A stretch of 64,000 bases of DNA, from positions 90,396,001 through 90,460,000 of the forward strand of contig OZ336876.1 of NCBI GenBank assembly GCA_965287045.1, read 5' to 3'. Positions within the stretch are counted from its first letter, which is position 1; the number at the start of each line of letters is the position of its first letter. The stretch comes from Carcharhinus amblyrhynchos. Taxonomy: Eukaryota. Positions 12,250-23,142 of this stretch are shown one piece after another. Both the position numbers and the translations under genes were made by a program. Under the pieces are notes generated by a model. The model did no database searches. It had not been told where the DNA came from and saw only the letters and a list, made by a program, of their open reading frames with translations.

Positions 12250-12608
12250 TATTCACTGTAGTAGTATTGAAAATTTCCACACAAACTTACCTGGCCCTTT
12301 TTCTCCTCAGCCCTTTTGCTCCTAAGCCCTAATAGCTCACTCTGCTATCCTCTCACTCCGCTGCCTGCTCCGACGCTGCCCGCTGTCTACACCAGGCCTC
12401 CTTTTAAACCTGGCGCTGTTTTAAAGCCTGCTCCCCCACAGCTCCCTGCTATCCACTCCCTTAGAATTCTTAAAGCGGTAGATACAAAAAGCCCGCAAAA
12501 ATGCTTTTAAATGATTTAAACAGTTCTACAAGGTAAGTTCTTACTACAAAAGTGCTTTAAACTTATTTAAACTGGTTTTTAACAGGTAATTTCTTATCTG
12601 TCTCTCTG

Positions 12609-12867
12609 CTCCTTCACTCGTCTTTTCACTCAAAGGGTGGTGAATCTCTGGAACTGTCTGCCCATTGAAATGGTGGAGACTACCTCGCTGAATACATTTA
12701 AGTCATGGGTAGATAGATATCTGATAGACAAGGGAATTAAGGGTTATGGGGAGAAAGCGGGAAAGTGGAACTGATCCACTTCAGATCAACCATGATCTTA
12801 TTGAATGGCGGGGCAGGCTCGAGGGGCTAGATGGCCTACTCCTGCTCCTATTTCTTATGTTCTTATG
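12609..12867 (+). mobile_element. Older CR1 3' end, right half of 7021-7770
   Basis: FTQRVVNLWN...GEKAGKWN*, 3' UTR and ttcttatgttcttatg tail. Confidence 0.9.
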
Positions 12868-14261
12868 TGGTTATCATCAAGAGGTTCAAATTGGCACAAC
12901 ATTTGATGCATGTTTTGCTTTCCAGATGTGTTTGATGTTGATGGAAAGCTATGAAGCACTATGTGATTAACCTTTTTAGAACAGTGCACAGCAAAGAGTC
13001 TTTTGACAATGGGCCTTTGTGGTACAAGCATATAGGCTCGGTGCTCAGACTCCATAAAAATATTGCTGACTCTGTGGGAATGCCAAAATGGCAGTTGATG
13101 TGGGCAGTAATTTCCTTGCCTCTGCATGTGAAATCATGAGCACCGAGCAGCCTCCAGTTTCAGCTTGTTTATCACCAAGCAATAGCCTTTCAAGGTAACT
13201 GCAAAGGGAAGAAAAGCTGTTCGCTCTTCATGCGGCTGAAGCCTCTTTGGAGCTATCAAGAGCTATGATAGATGATAATGCAGGCTGTTTATGTAGCCTG
13301 AAGATAATAAGGAGATGACTTGAATCAGCAGATTGCAGTCATCTGTAAGACCATGTAATTACGTAAAAAAAAAACCATGAAAATTATTGTAATTCATTTT
13401 TTGTTTGATCAGACTCTTGTCAATGGCTTTTTTGGGATGGTGCCTATAATTGACATGGTCATTGCTCTCCAGTAGTGTGCTGCACAGATGAACAAACTTA
13501 GTGGGAGGGAGCCAAGTTTGCAGTGTATTGGCTGACTTTAGGGCAGCAGGCATAGATGATGAGGTATACCAAATTCTTAAAGCTTCTCCAGCTGAAGGTA
13601 TGGAGGAATTAAACAACCTGTAGAGCAGTAGCAGGAAATATTACTTAAAATTGCTGTCTGAGGCTGGGGATTAGAAGGTACAGATATGTCTTTGAAATTA
13701 CAGAATTCATTTGTGTTTCTACACCTGAATAGGAGAAGGAATGGGGGAGTTTTAGTGAATGCAAAAGCTACCAGTATGTCTTACCGATGTTAAAGACTAC
13801 TAAAATGGCTCCTTAGTGTGTGTTGCATGCACTTCTAATGCTTTGGAGTCCTGTAGAGCAATAAGAAAGCAATAAGTGAACAGTGCTCTTTTGTGGAGCA
13901 TACAACTTTACATTAGATTACAGAATATTGTAAAAATCAAAGGAAAAGGTTTTTTCATGGATCATATGGCTTTTTATCTAGAGCTAGTCAAGAATTTAGA
14001 AACAATAAGATTTCATGGCAAAACTCCTTGATGAATACTGCAGCTTTAAGGTCAATTTAAGGTTAGATGAAAAAGCTCATGTTCCTCAATAGAATATTTT
14101 TCTAGCACCATCTGTCCTATTCAGATACTTCAGCAGTGTTTTGGACAGCTTCATAAGGAAGAGGCTTGAACAGTCTTTAATAGACATTACAGAAAAGTGC
14201 TCCTTTTCAGGTGTTGGTGTTGTTAACAAATATACCCTCAACATCTTGAACAGTGGTCTAG

Positions 14262-14520
14262 CTGACGATTGCACAATGTTCACCATTCACAACCCCTCAG
14301 ATCCTGAAACAGTCTATGTCCAAATGCAGTATTCCAAGATAATATACAGGCTGGGGCAAGTAACGTGTACACCACATAAGTGCCAGACAGTAACCATCTC
14401 CAACGAGAGAAAATCTGACCATTGCCTCTTAATGTTCAATGGCATTGTCATCACTGAATCTGTCACTATCAGCGTCTTGGAAATTATCATTGACCGAACT
14501 GGACCAAACTGGTATCAACA
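14262..14520 (+). mobile_element. Old LINE RT fragment (family B, CR1/L2 group, clade uncertain)
   Basis: LADDCTMFTIH resembles the FADD motif. Downstream similar to W-Q-V-T-F-x-P-H-K-C. Confidence 0.6.
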
Positions 14521-16221
14521 GTTAAATGTTCTTACCACTATTGTTTACTCCTGGTTTACATGTGAGCAGAGAGCAGCGCCTGACCCAGTATGATACAAAG
14601 TCAAATTCCCAAAACATGGGATGGCATGTAAAGAAAAGTGTACAACATGCTTGCGTCAGAGAGAAATGAGATTGCTGCTGAAAGCATTAAAATTATGACA
14701 ATGTGCAAGCAAAAGACTGGAAAACTTAATCTTTATATTCCTGGTATTATTTAAAAATGATTTTCAGACTGATGTTTTTTAGCTGGCTCTCAGGATGAGA
14801 CCAGAAGATTGATCTTTACAGTTCAGCTCTGTTGCACAGAACCATGTCATCATTTAGAATGCTGTTAGCCAACAATCCAGACAATATTCTGTGGGGAACT
14901 TTGAGAGATCATGTCAGCTGAATTGATTTTGTGAAATGGTTGCAATGTTTTTGCAGTTGTTTTTGGCAAAGCTTGAAATATTCAGTTAACTTGTGGAGAA
15001 TTTTAAATGCTGTTCTCACAAAGCTTTCTCCCTCCAAGTCTCTCCATTGGTTATTTAAACAGATTTTGTCATAAAACCAACTGTTAAAACATACATTGTA
15101 ATTCATTCTTGGTATAATTCAAAAAATGTGTGCACATTTGGCTTGTCGCCCCATGGTTAGAACAGCAAGAAAGTAGGCATCTAAAACTTAACATTCATAG
15201 TCAGAACCATCTGATATTGCCCAGTAAATTTGTAAGCTAGATGAAGTACAGTAAAATCTTTGTTATCCAGAATGGATGTGGGTGCTGGTTAATGGCATGG
15301 TATATTACTCTGGACACAAGGTAAGGTGCAATATACTTCCCTTCAGGCACAATAGCCAAATCTGACCAAATAATGCAACAATTTTAATGTAAAAGTGAAG
15401 ACTATTAAATGCCTCAGATATTAGACATTGAAAGGAAGGTTGTGGGGCCTTTTTCTTAGCAGACAGTCATCTCTGACCAGCCTGGACTATTAGACACAGA
15501 TGCTATTTGTATTCCTCGCTCCTTGAAGTTGGGCTATATGGTATGCAGATGGTTGTTAGTGGCTCTTCAGAGATAACGAGGTGCAAATTTTCCCACAATT
15601 ACCATGTAGCCTGTTCTGTTCAGGGGTCACAGACAGGCATAGGTTTAGCCATTTTAATGATTTTTCTGTTTAAAAATTTAGAAATAGCAATGCCAATATA
15701 TATTTTATAAATATACAGTTTTTGAAGTCTTAGTCCCTTAGTGTCCAAAACAATATAATTTATAGTCAAGTCTATTTAAAATGCTACTTCTAGGTGCCTA
15801 AGCCAAATCTGTATTGCACACTGTCCACAATATGCGGAACATCAATGGAAATCAGTTTTTAGAATGAAGGTACCTTTGCTCAAGATTATTATGATCAGTG
15901 TGAAAATCATGAATGGGGCTGATGACTGTGATAGAATATTTCACTTGAATAATGTACTGAATATTTTATTCTGTATAACTGATTGCAGAAAATCAAAAGA
16001 TAAGTGTATGATATCCTAAAAAGATACAATTGCATACAATGAAAATGTAACATTCAGATGTACTCTTCAGAATTCAATACACTAGCAGACATGGCCTCAT
16101 TGTGAAGTGAAAACTATGAAGGTTCACTGGGTTAAGTGCATCTCTCTTTGCATCACATTCCAAAGTCTGCTGGACAATTTGTTATCTGCGCTTAAAATCT
16201 CCATGGCCGCTCTTAATTTAT

Positions 16222-16558
16222 TCTTTATTCATTCATGGGATGTGAACGTCACTGGCTGGGCCAGCATTTGTTGCCCATCCCTGAGGGCAACCACATTGCT
16301 GTGCTGTCGACCTGGAATCACATGTAGGCCAAACCAAGTAAGGATGACAGTTTTCCTCCCCAAAGGACATGAGTAAACCAGATGGTTTTCACAACAATTT
16401 GAATAAGCTGAGCGCATGGACTTTTAATTCCAGATTTTTGTTGAATCCAAGTTTCATCTCTTCCATGATGGGATTTGAACCTGGGTCCCGAGAGCATCAT
16501 CACACTGGTTCTCTGGATTACAAGTCCAGCAACAATACCACTACACCATTGCCTCCCC
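16222..16558 (-). mobile_element. tRNA-derived SINE (family A)
   Basis: Full head to tail, similar to the other copies. Confidence 0.85.
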
Positions 16559-18089
16559 ATAATAGGATGGTTACACCACAAAAGAAGGTCATTTGGCCCT
16601 GACACAGTTTCTTACAAGAGCAACTCAGCTTGTCCCAGTCTACTGCCTTTTACCTGTCACGTTGCAATTTTTTTCTTTCTCTTCAGGTAATTAACAAATT
16701 CCATTTTGAAAGCTATGATTGAATTTGCCTCACTGATCCCTAATCACTCTCTGATTTTAAAATTGTTAGGGGGTTACGTGATGTGAGAGTGAGAATAGCT
16801 GTGTTTACATGAACTCTTGTGCTATTCAACTCGTAACCCTTTCATTTATCAAGTTTACACATCTCATACTGGATTACCTAATCCAGGAGTGAGAACTCCA
16901 CGTCTTGTTCCTGGAAGATTTCTAGTTAAACGTTGGTGACAAAATTCCAATAAATATTAAGTAAGTTGTCGACAAAAGAGATCAGTCAGAAATAAATGGG
17001 GTGGAGCTGACTCCGCAACGCGGCATCTTAGTGAACAAACAGGCTCTTGATCTGATACGATCGAAGGATTTACAACTGATGACTTCTAATTTTATTAAGG
17101 CCATTGATGAGAAACTCAGTCTATAAGCACAAAATATCAGTGCTCATGCTATATAACTGTAGAATACAGGTAAAAGGTTTGATGAGATAGAGGAGAGAAT
17201 TGTTACTGTTGGAAATGCAGCTTCCTCAGTTGAGACCTGCTTACAATCTTTAGAAAAGCAGCTGCATAGAATATCTGAATTCGTTAACAATCTGGAGAAC
17301 AAAAGCCAGAGGGAAAATATCTGGATTGTTGGCTTGCCAGAAGGAGCTCGGGGTAAGCTCCCTGTTAAATTCTTTGAGAGCTGGCTGCTGCATATCCTTA
17401 ATTTAGAAACAAAAGTTGCGCACATTAAGTTAGAAAGATCTTTGAGACCTGGGGACAATCAACGACCCTGGCCTGTAATTATGCATTTTCAAGGATTGCC
17501 AAAGAGTGTTGGAGGCAGCTAGATGTAATGGGGCCATGTTCTATGATGGAGTGAATGCGTCTTTCAAGATTCCTCAGTGGTGATCCGACAGAGGTGCAAG
17601 GTTTTGATGAAGTTAGAAAAGAACTGAAGACATTAGAGTGCAGTGTACACTTCTGTATCCTGATATACTGAGGGTGACATTTGACAACTCTATAAAGACA
17701 TTCAGTAATCCATCTAAAGCCATGGCTTTTGTGAACTCTGTGGAAGGCAGTAATTTGGAGCAGCAGATTGCAGTTTACTATAAAATCCAGACTCTATTTC
17801 TTGTCATTATAACTCCTTCCTGATTCTGTGATGATATTTATCTTACTGACAGTGTGATTTAGTAATTGAATACTATAGTGAGTTTTTATCCTTAAGATTG
17901 ACAGGGACTTCCATTTGTCTCTGGCATGCTCCTTCTAGTTATGGAATACACTGGAGATTGTACAATACTCCCTCTGAACCTTCAGCACCTGACAGTGCAT
18001 AGGTCAGACTTCCTTCTGTTTCTGTGGCTAATTATTCTAGAACAGGTCACTAGTCTGTCACCAGGCACTTATAGCTTGAGGGACACTAC

Positions 18090-18330
18090 ACCAAGAATAG
18101 TCAAACTCGCACATGTGTGAACATGCTTGCGCACATAATTTAGCATGATCAATCCATCTAACCTGCGTGTCTTTGAACTGTGGGAGGAAGCCAAAACCAG
18201 CCCCAAATCCCGCGCAGACACGGGGAGAAGATGCAAGCTCTGTACAGATAGAGACCCAAGATCGGATATTCAACCTGGGTTCTCGGTGCTGTGAGGCAGC
18301 AGTGCTAACCACTGGGCTACTGTGCTGCTC
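18090..18330 (-). mobile_element. HE1-like SINE within the L1
   Basis: gtggttagcactgctgcctcacagcaccgagaacccaggttgaatatcc head on the minus strand. Confidence 0.8.
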
Positions 18331-18440
18331 TGTACAACATTAAGGCTGTGTAAAAATACTTTTTTTTCATCCATATGTTTTAATGATGGTATATGTTTTG
18401 TGATCTCCTTAGCTCCGATAATGATAAACATAAGAAGCAC

Positions 18441-19009
18441 TTGGGACAAGTGATCATAGTACGGTTGAATTTCTGATGCAGATGGAGGATGAGAAAGTAG
18501 GGTCCCGAACCTGTGTCTTCTGTTTGAACAGAGGGGAGTATGATGAGATGAGGGCAGAATTAACGAATGTAGATTGGGGGCGCAGATTGGTTGGTAGGAT
18601 GGCTGAGGAACAGTGGAGGATTTTTAAGGAAAACTTTTTCGATACTCAGCAGTAATGTATTCCAATGGTAAAGAAGGGCTGTAAGAGAAGAGATAACCAG
18701 CCGTGGTTATCGAAGGAAATAAAGGAGAGTACTAAATTAAAAGCTGATGTGTTCAGAGCGGCTACAAATAGTGGGTAATTAGAAGATTGGGAAAGATTTA
18801 AAAAATGACAAAGAATGACTGAGAAAGCGATAAAGAAAGGAAAGATAGCGTATGATGCTAAACTGGCTCTAAATATAAAAAATTATAGTAAAAGTTTTTA
18901 CAAATATATAAAGAAGAGGAGACTGGCTAGAGTGAATGTTGGACCCTTGGAGGACGAGAGGGGGGATTTAGCGGTGGGTAACGAGGAAATGGCTCAGGCT
19001 TTAAACAAG
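18441..19009 (+). mobile_element. Internal CR1 ORF2 fragment (end of endonuclease plus linker), no 3' tail
   Basis: Homologous to about 9480-10045 (SDH...KSFYKYIKKRRLARVNVGPLEDERG). Confidence 0.88.
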
Positions 19010-19695
19010 TCTCTGTCTGAGATAAGCCCCTCAATCCTGTGGGAAATTGGCAAGGCTTTTGCATGGGGTTTGGTCGTTTTGTATAAGGCCAACAAAAAGG
19101 GTAAAATGCTGGAGCGATAGCACTAGCTTGAAGTAAAATTGGCCGAAACAGAGAGGGAATATGGTAAGAAACCTTGCCATTCAATGCTGAAAGGTATTCA
19201 TGCAATCCAAATGGCACTGGACTCCTTGCTCACTCAATGTGCTGAGAGGAGTATAAAGTTTGTCAAACAAAAACTGAGTTTGGAAATTAATTGAGTAGAT
19301 ATTTGACTCTCCTTACTGAGAAGAAGATAGACATGAGGGCTATTTCCAATGTGTTAGATTCCAATTGTAAGAGGATGATTAAGATGGAGGATATTAATAA
19401 GGCATTTAAAAGCTTCTGTGCCAATTTATGTAAAATGGATAGTTTGGACATGCATTAGTACATGTGGTGGTTTTTTTTCTTCCTTTAAATTCCCAACAAT
19501 TTCTGAAGACCAGAAGTCGATCCTTAATGCCCCCATTTCTAAGGGGGAAGTGGTTTTTGCCTCGAAGGACCTTCAGTCTGGTAAGACTCTGGGGCCTAAT
19601 GATTTTGGGATCAAATTTTAAAAGGAATTTAACAACATGTTAATAGATCCACTGATTGGTATGTATAATCATTCATTCGAAGCAGGTCTGCATCT

Positions 19696-19783
19696 GGGGC
19701 AGCATAGCGACACAGTGGTTATCACTGCTGCCTCAGAATGCCAGGGACCCGGGTTTGATTCCCAGCTTGGGTCACTAGCTGTG
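19696..19783 (+). mobile_element. HE1-like SINE head, truncated at the Gypsy LTR
   Basis: cagtggttatcactgctgcctcag...cccgggtttgattcccagcttgggtcact. Confidence 0.75.
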
Positions 19784-20874
19784 TGACAGGTCATCTGCTT
19801 TCTATATGCAAGGGTGTGCACCACTTTACCACGCTTCCATGGCTTCATCTTATTACTTGTTACTTAACCTTTCATTTTCTTTTAAATTTGGAAGTGCCAG
19901 ATGTACTATACATACTGAACCAACTGCATTGGTTTCCTCCTTTTTCTATATTTATATACGGAGAAAGACTGTCAGGCCCTTGTCCTGTTCTTATAACCAT
20001 AGTATTCTCTTTCATACCGGAGGTTTTCATTACCTGGCTCTTGTGTGACATCAGTGTTATTGACCCCTCTCTTTTCAGCCCAAGCCTGAACGCTGTTTAT
20101 ATTCGGCTGTTTGCAGACATGGGTGTGGGAGAGAGAGGGTTTGGAATCATGCTTAGGAATGATGTACTTATTCTGCAACCTGCTTAGATACAGTACTAAT
20201 AAACAAGTGTTGTACAGATACCAGAGTATGTCTATAGCCTGTTAATGCATGAAGTCCCACACTGAAGATCCAAGGTAGAAGGACACACAACGGAATATGG
20301 TGGCATCAGTGGAGACATGATGTAAAAATTAATGTTATCAAAGAAACCACAGAGTGGATAAATTTTTAAAGCCGCTTGCAAAAGGTTTGATGGGCGGAGG
20401 AGGCACACCGGAGAGAGATAACAATGACCATATCTAGCAAGCTGTCCTGCCCTTGTCCTGCTGTTTGACTGCCTTGAGGACCCACAGAGTGGACAGCGAT
20501 GGAAGTTACAGAAACGATGTTTTCTCTGGTACCAAGCAGCATCAGACCTTCATGGAAAAGACCAAAAGGTTCAACTTAGTTTCTTTCTTTATGTAGCAGG
20601 TCCAATCATAAACTGAAGTGCTCCTAAGATAAGGTGTGCGGGAGTCTACCCTGCACTTTGAGTCCATTCTTCAAGCCTTTGACGCATATTTTAGCCCAAA
20701 GCAAAATTTAGTAATTGAAAGAGCAAGTTTTAACCAGTGCTCACAAGGACCTAAGGAATCAAATGAATTATTTCTGCTATAACTATGTCACCTAGCTTGT
20801 TCTTGTGGGAACAGAGCACTGAAAGATGAGCTAACCCATGATTGCATCGCCATGGGAGTCCAGGATGAAAAACT

Positions 20875-21546
20875 GATTTGATTTGATTTATTATTGTCAC
20901 ATGTATTAACATACAGTGGAAAGTATTGTTTCTTGCGCGCTGTACAGACAAAACATACCAGTCATAGAGAAGGAGACAAGAGAGTGCAGAATGTAGTGTT
21001 ACAGTCATAATTAGAAGTAGAGAGAGATCAACTTAATGCAAGGTAAGTCCATTCAAAAGTCTGATGGCAGTAGGGAAGAAGCTGTTCTTGAGTCGGTTGG
21101 TAGTGACCTCAGACTTTCGTATATTTTTCTCGAAGGAACAAGGTGGAAGAGAGAATGTCTGGGGTGTGTGGAGTCCTTAATTTTGCTAGCTTCTTTGCCG
21201 AGGCAGCTGGAAGTACAGACAGAGTCAACGGATGGGAGACTGGTTTGTGTAATGGATTGGGCTACATTCACAACCTATTGTCGTTCCTTGCGGTCTTGGA
21301 CAGAGCAGGAGCCATGCCAAGCTGTGATATAACCAGAGAGAATGCTTTCTGTGGTGCATCTGTAAAAATTGGTGAGAGTCGTAGCTGTCATGCCAAATTT
21401 CCTTAGTCTTCTGAGAAAGTAGAGGCATTGTTGGGCATTCTTGTCAGCATGGGGGGGAACCAGGACAGGTTGCTGGTAAACTGGACACCTAAAAACCTGA
21501 AGCTCTTGACTGTTTCTACTTTGTCCCCGTTGATGTAGACAAGGGT
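20875..21546 (-). mobile_element. Rex1/Babar-type LINE 3' fragment
   Basis: CLYFLRRLRKFGMTATTLTNFYRCTTESILSGYITAW. (ATCAA)n tail. AAAACT duplication at 20869-20874 and 21547-21552. Confidence 0.88.
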
Positions 21547-21589
21547 AAAACTCTCCGTCTTCGTGCACATGATCTTTCACTGGATCAAA

Positions 21590-22053
21590 TTGAGGGGATT
21601 GAGCTGTGAGGAGAGGCTGAATAGAATGGGCTTGTACTCGTTAGAGTGTAGAAGGATGAGGGGGGATCTCATTGAGACGTATAAGATGATGAAAGGGATG
21701 GATAGGGTAGAGGTGGAGAGGTTCTTCCCGCTCAGAAAGGACAGCAGGACGAGAGGGCACAGCCTCAAGATAAGGGGGGGGGGCAGTTTAGAACAGTGTT
21801 GAGGAGGAACTTCTTCACTCAAAGGGTGGTGAATCTCTGGAATTCTCTACCCGTTGAAGTGGTGGAGGCTGCCTCGCTAAATATATTTAAGACGCGGGTA
21901 GATAGGTTTTTGGTAGGCAAGGGGATTAAAGGCTATGGGGAGAAAGCGGGAAAGTGGAACTGAGCCACTTCAGATCAGCCATGATCTTATTGAATGGCGG
22001 GGCAGGCTCGAAGGGCTAGATGGCCTACTCCTCCTATTTCTTATGTTCTTATG
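21590..22053 (+). mobile_element. Young CR1 3' fragment
   Basis: LRGLSCEERLNRMGLYSLECRRMRGDLIETYK... and ttcttatgttcttatg tail. Confidence 0.93.
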
Positions 22054-22529
22054 TAAGTGGTCCACGATATAAGGCATTTAATCTGGCCATAATTCCGGGC
22101 GACTCCAAAGCTTTACATGACTCTGTAACTTGAGTATGGTCCACAGACACAGTGGCCCCAACCACACAAAAGCCCAACAAATAAGTGAAAGAGCAAGAAG
22201 CCCCACAACAGCAACCATTTTTGAGATGCTTTTGTTGTAGTGCGAAAAGCCAATGTAGAATACTTCCAGTGTGGTGAAACTTGACAATCAGGTGTTTCTG
22301 CAAATTCAGTGGTTTTGATCAAAATCACAGCTCAGAAAGTATTAATGAAACACATTCCATCCAAGAGAGTCCAGAAAAAAAATGTCGAGAGAGCCCCTAA
22401 GGAAGTTGATGGCCTTAATTCGGACTGTTTATCAGTTAAGTGCAAGGCTTTGATGCTTAAAAGTGATACTGGTGCTTCTTTAACATATTAGTTGATAACT
22501 TCAACTGGCCTTAGTCAAATACCCTTTAT

Positions 22530-23066
22530 CAGAAAATTAAGGAAATTTGGCATGTCCGCTATGACACACTAATTTTTACAGATGTACCATAGAAAGCATT
22601 CTTTCTGATTGTATCACAGCTTGGTAAGGCTCCTGCGCTGTCCAAGACCGCAAGGAACTATAAAAGGTTGTGAATGTAGCTCAATCCATCATGCAGACCA
22701 GCCTCCCATTCATTGACTCTGTCTACACTTCCTGCTGCCTTGGCAAAGCAGCCAGCATAATTAAGGACCCCACGCACCCCGGACATTTTCTCTTCTACCT
22801 TCTTCCGTCAGGGAAAGGATACAGAAGTCTGAGATCACATACCAACCAACTCGAGAATAGCTTCTTTCTTGCTGCCATCAGCTTTGAATGGATCTACCTT
22901 GCATTAAGTTCATCTTCCTCTACACCCTATCAGAATGTAACACTACATTCTGCACTGTCTCGTTGCCTTCACTATGAATGGTACGCTTTGTATAGCACGC
23001 AAGAAACAAAACTTTTCACTGTATGCTAATACATGTGATTATAATAAATCAAATCAAAATCAAATC
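22530..23066 (+). mobile_element. Rex1/Babar-type LINE 3' fragment
   Basis: Same family as 20875-21546. (AAATC)n tail. Possible ATCAGA duplication. Confidence 0.85.
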
Positions 23067-23142
23067 CATCAGACATCTGGCAGCATTGCCCTTCCAATCA
23101 AATGCAGGATTATTGCTCCTTTTTGCTACAAGAGGCAACAAA

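Larger units (their letters stand above)
7771..12608 (-). mobile_element. Near full-length young CR1 LINE (5' UTR, ORF1, ORF2, (TTCTTATG)n tail), inactivated
   Basis: ORF1 with Cys/His zinc finger, leucine zipper and GDS esterase domain. ORF2 with APE endonuclease (YLNARS, GDFN, SDH) and RT (PQGSVLGP, FADD). CpG-rich. Confidence 0.95.
16769..19682 (+). mobile_element. Degenerate L1-clade LINE (ORF1 and part of ORF2) with nested inserts
   Basis: ORF1-like NLENKSQRENIWIVGLPEG...RPWPVIMHF...LLYPDILRV (about 17000-17760). ORF2-like SPSILWEIGKAFAWG (19010 onward) and APISKGEV...LQSGKTLGPNDFGIKF (19520-19620). Confidence 0.8.
19782..23140 (+). mobile_element. Degenerate Gypsy LTR retrotransposon (LTR, PBS, gag, protease), fragmented by LINE insertions
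   Basis: TG start, AATAAA at 20198, PBS-like TGGTGGCATCAGTGG at 20298. Gag motifs FDAYFSPKQNLVIERASFNQ and LKDELTHDCIAMGVQDEKLS. Zinc-knuckle remnant at about 22230-22300. Protease-like KSDTGAS at about 22460. Confidence 0.75.

Noticed and set aside
11123-12325. 400-aa + strand ORF with (PPLPTLL)n
   Set aside because: Antisense shadow of the CR1 ORF1 minisatellite. It is open only because the 21-bp unit lacks stops.
12926-12970. Exon after ttgctttccag
   Set aside because: No good donor nearby and no similarity to RNGTT.
19696-19770. tRNA gene
   Set aside because: A/B-box-like motifs belong to a SINE head and continue into SINE body sequence. No complete cloverleaf.
19783-20187. Hydrophobic 134-aa ORF (env-like?)
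   Set aside because: Lies within the putative Gypsy LTR, has a non-ATG start and shows no envelope motifs.
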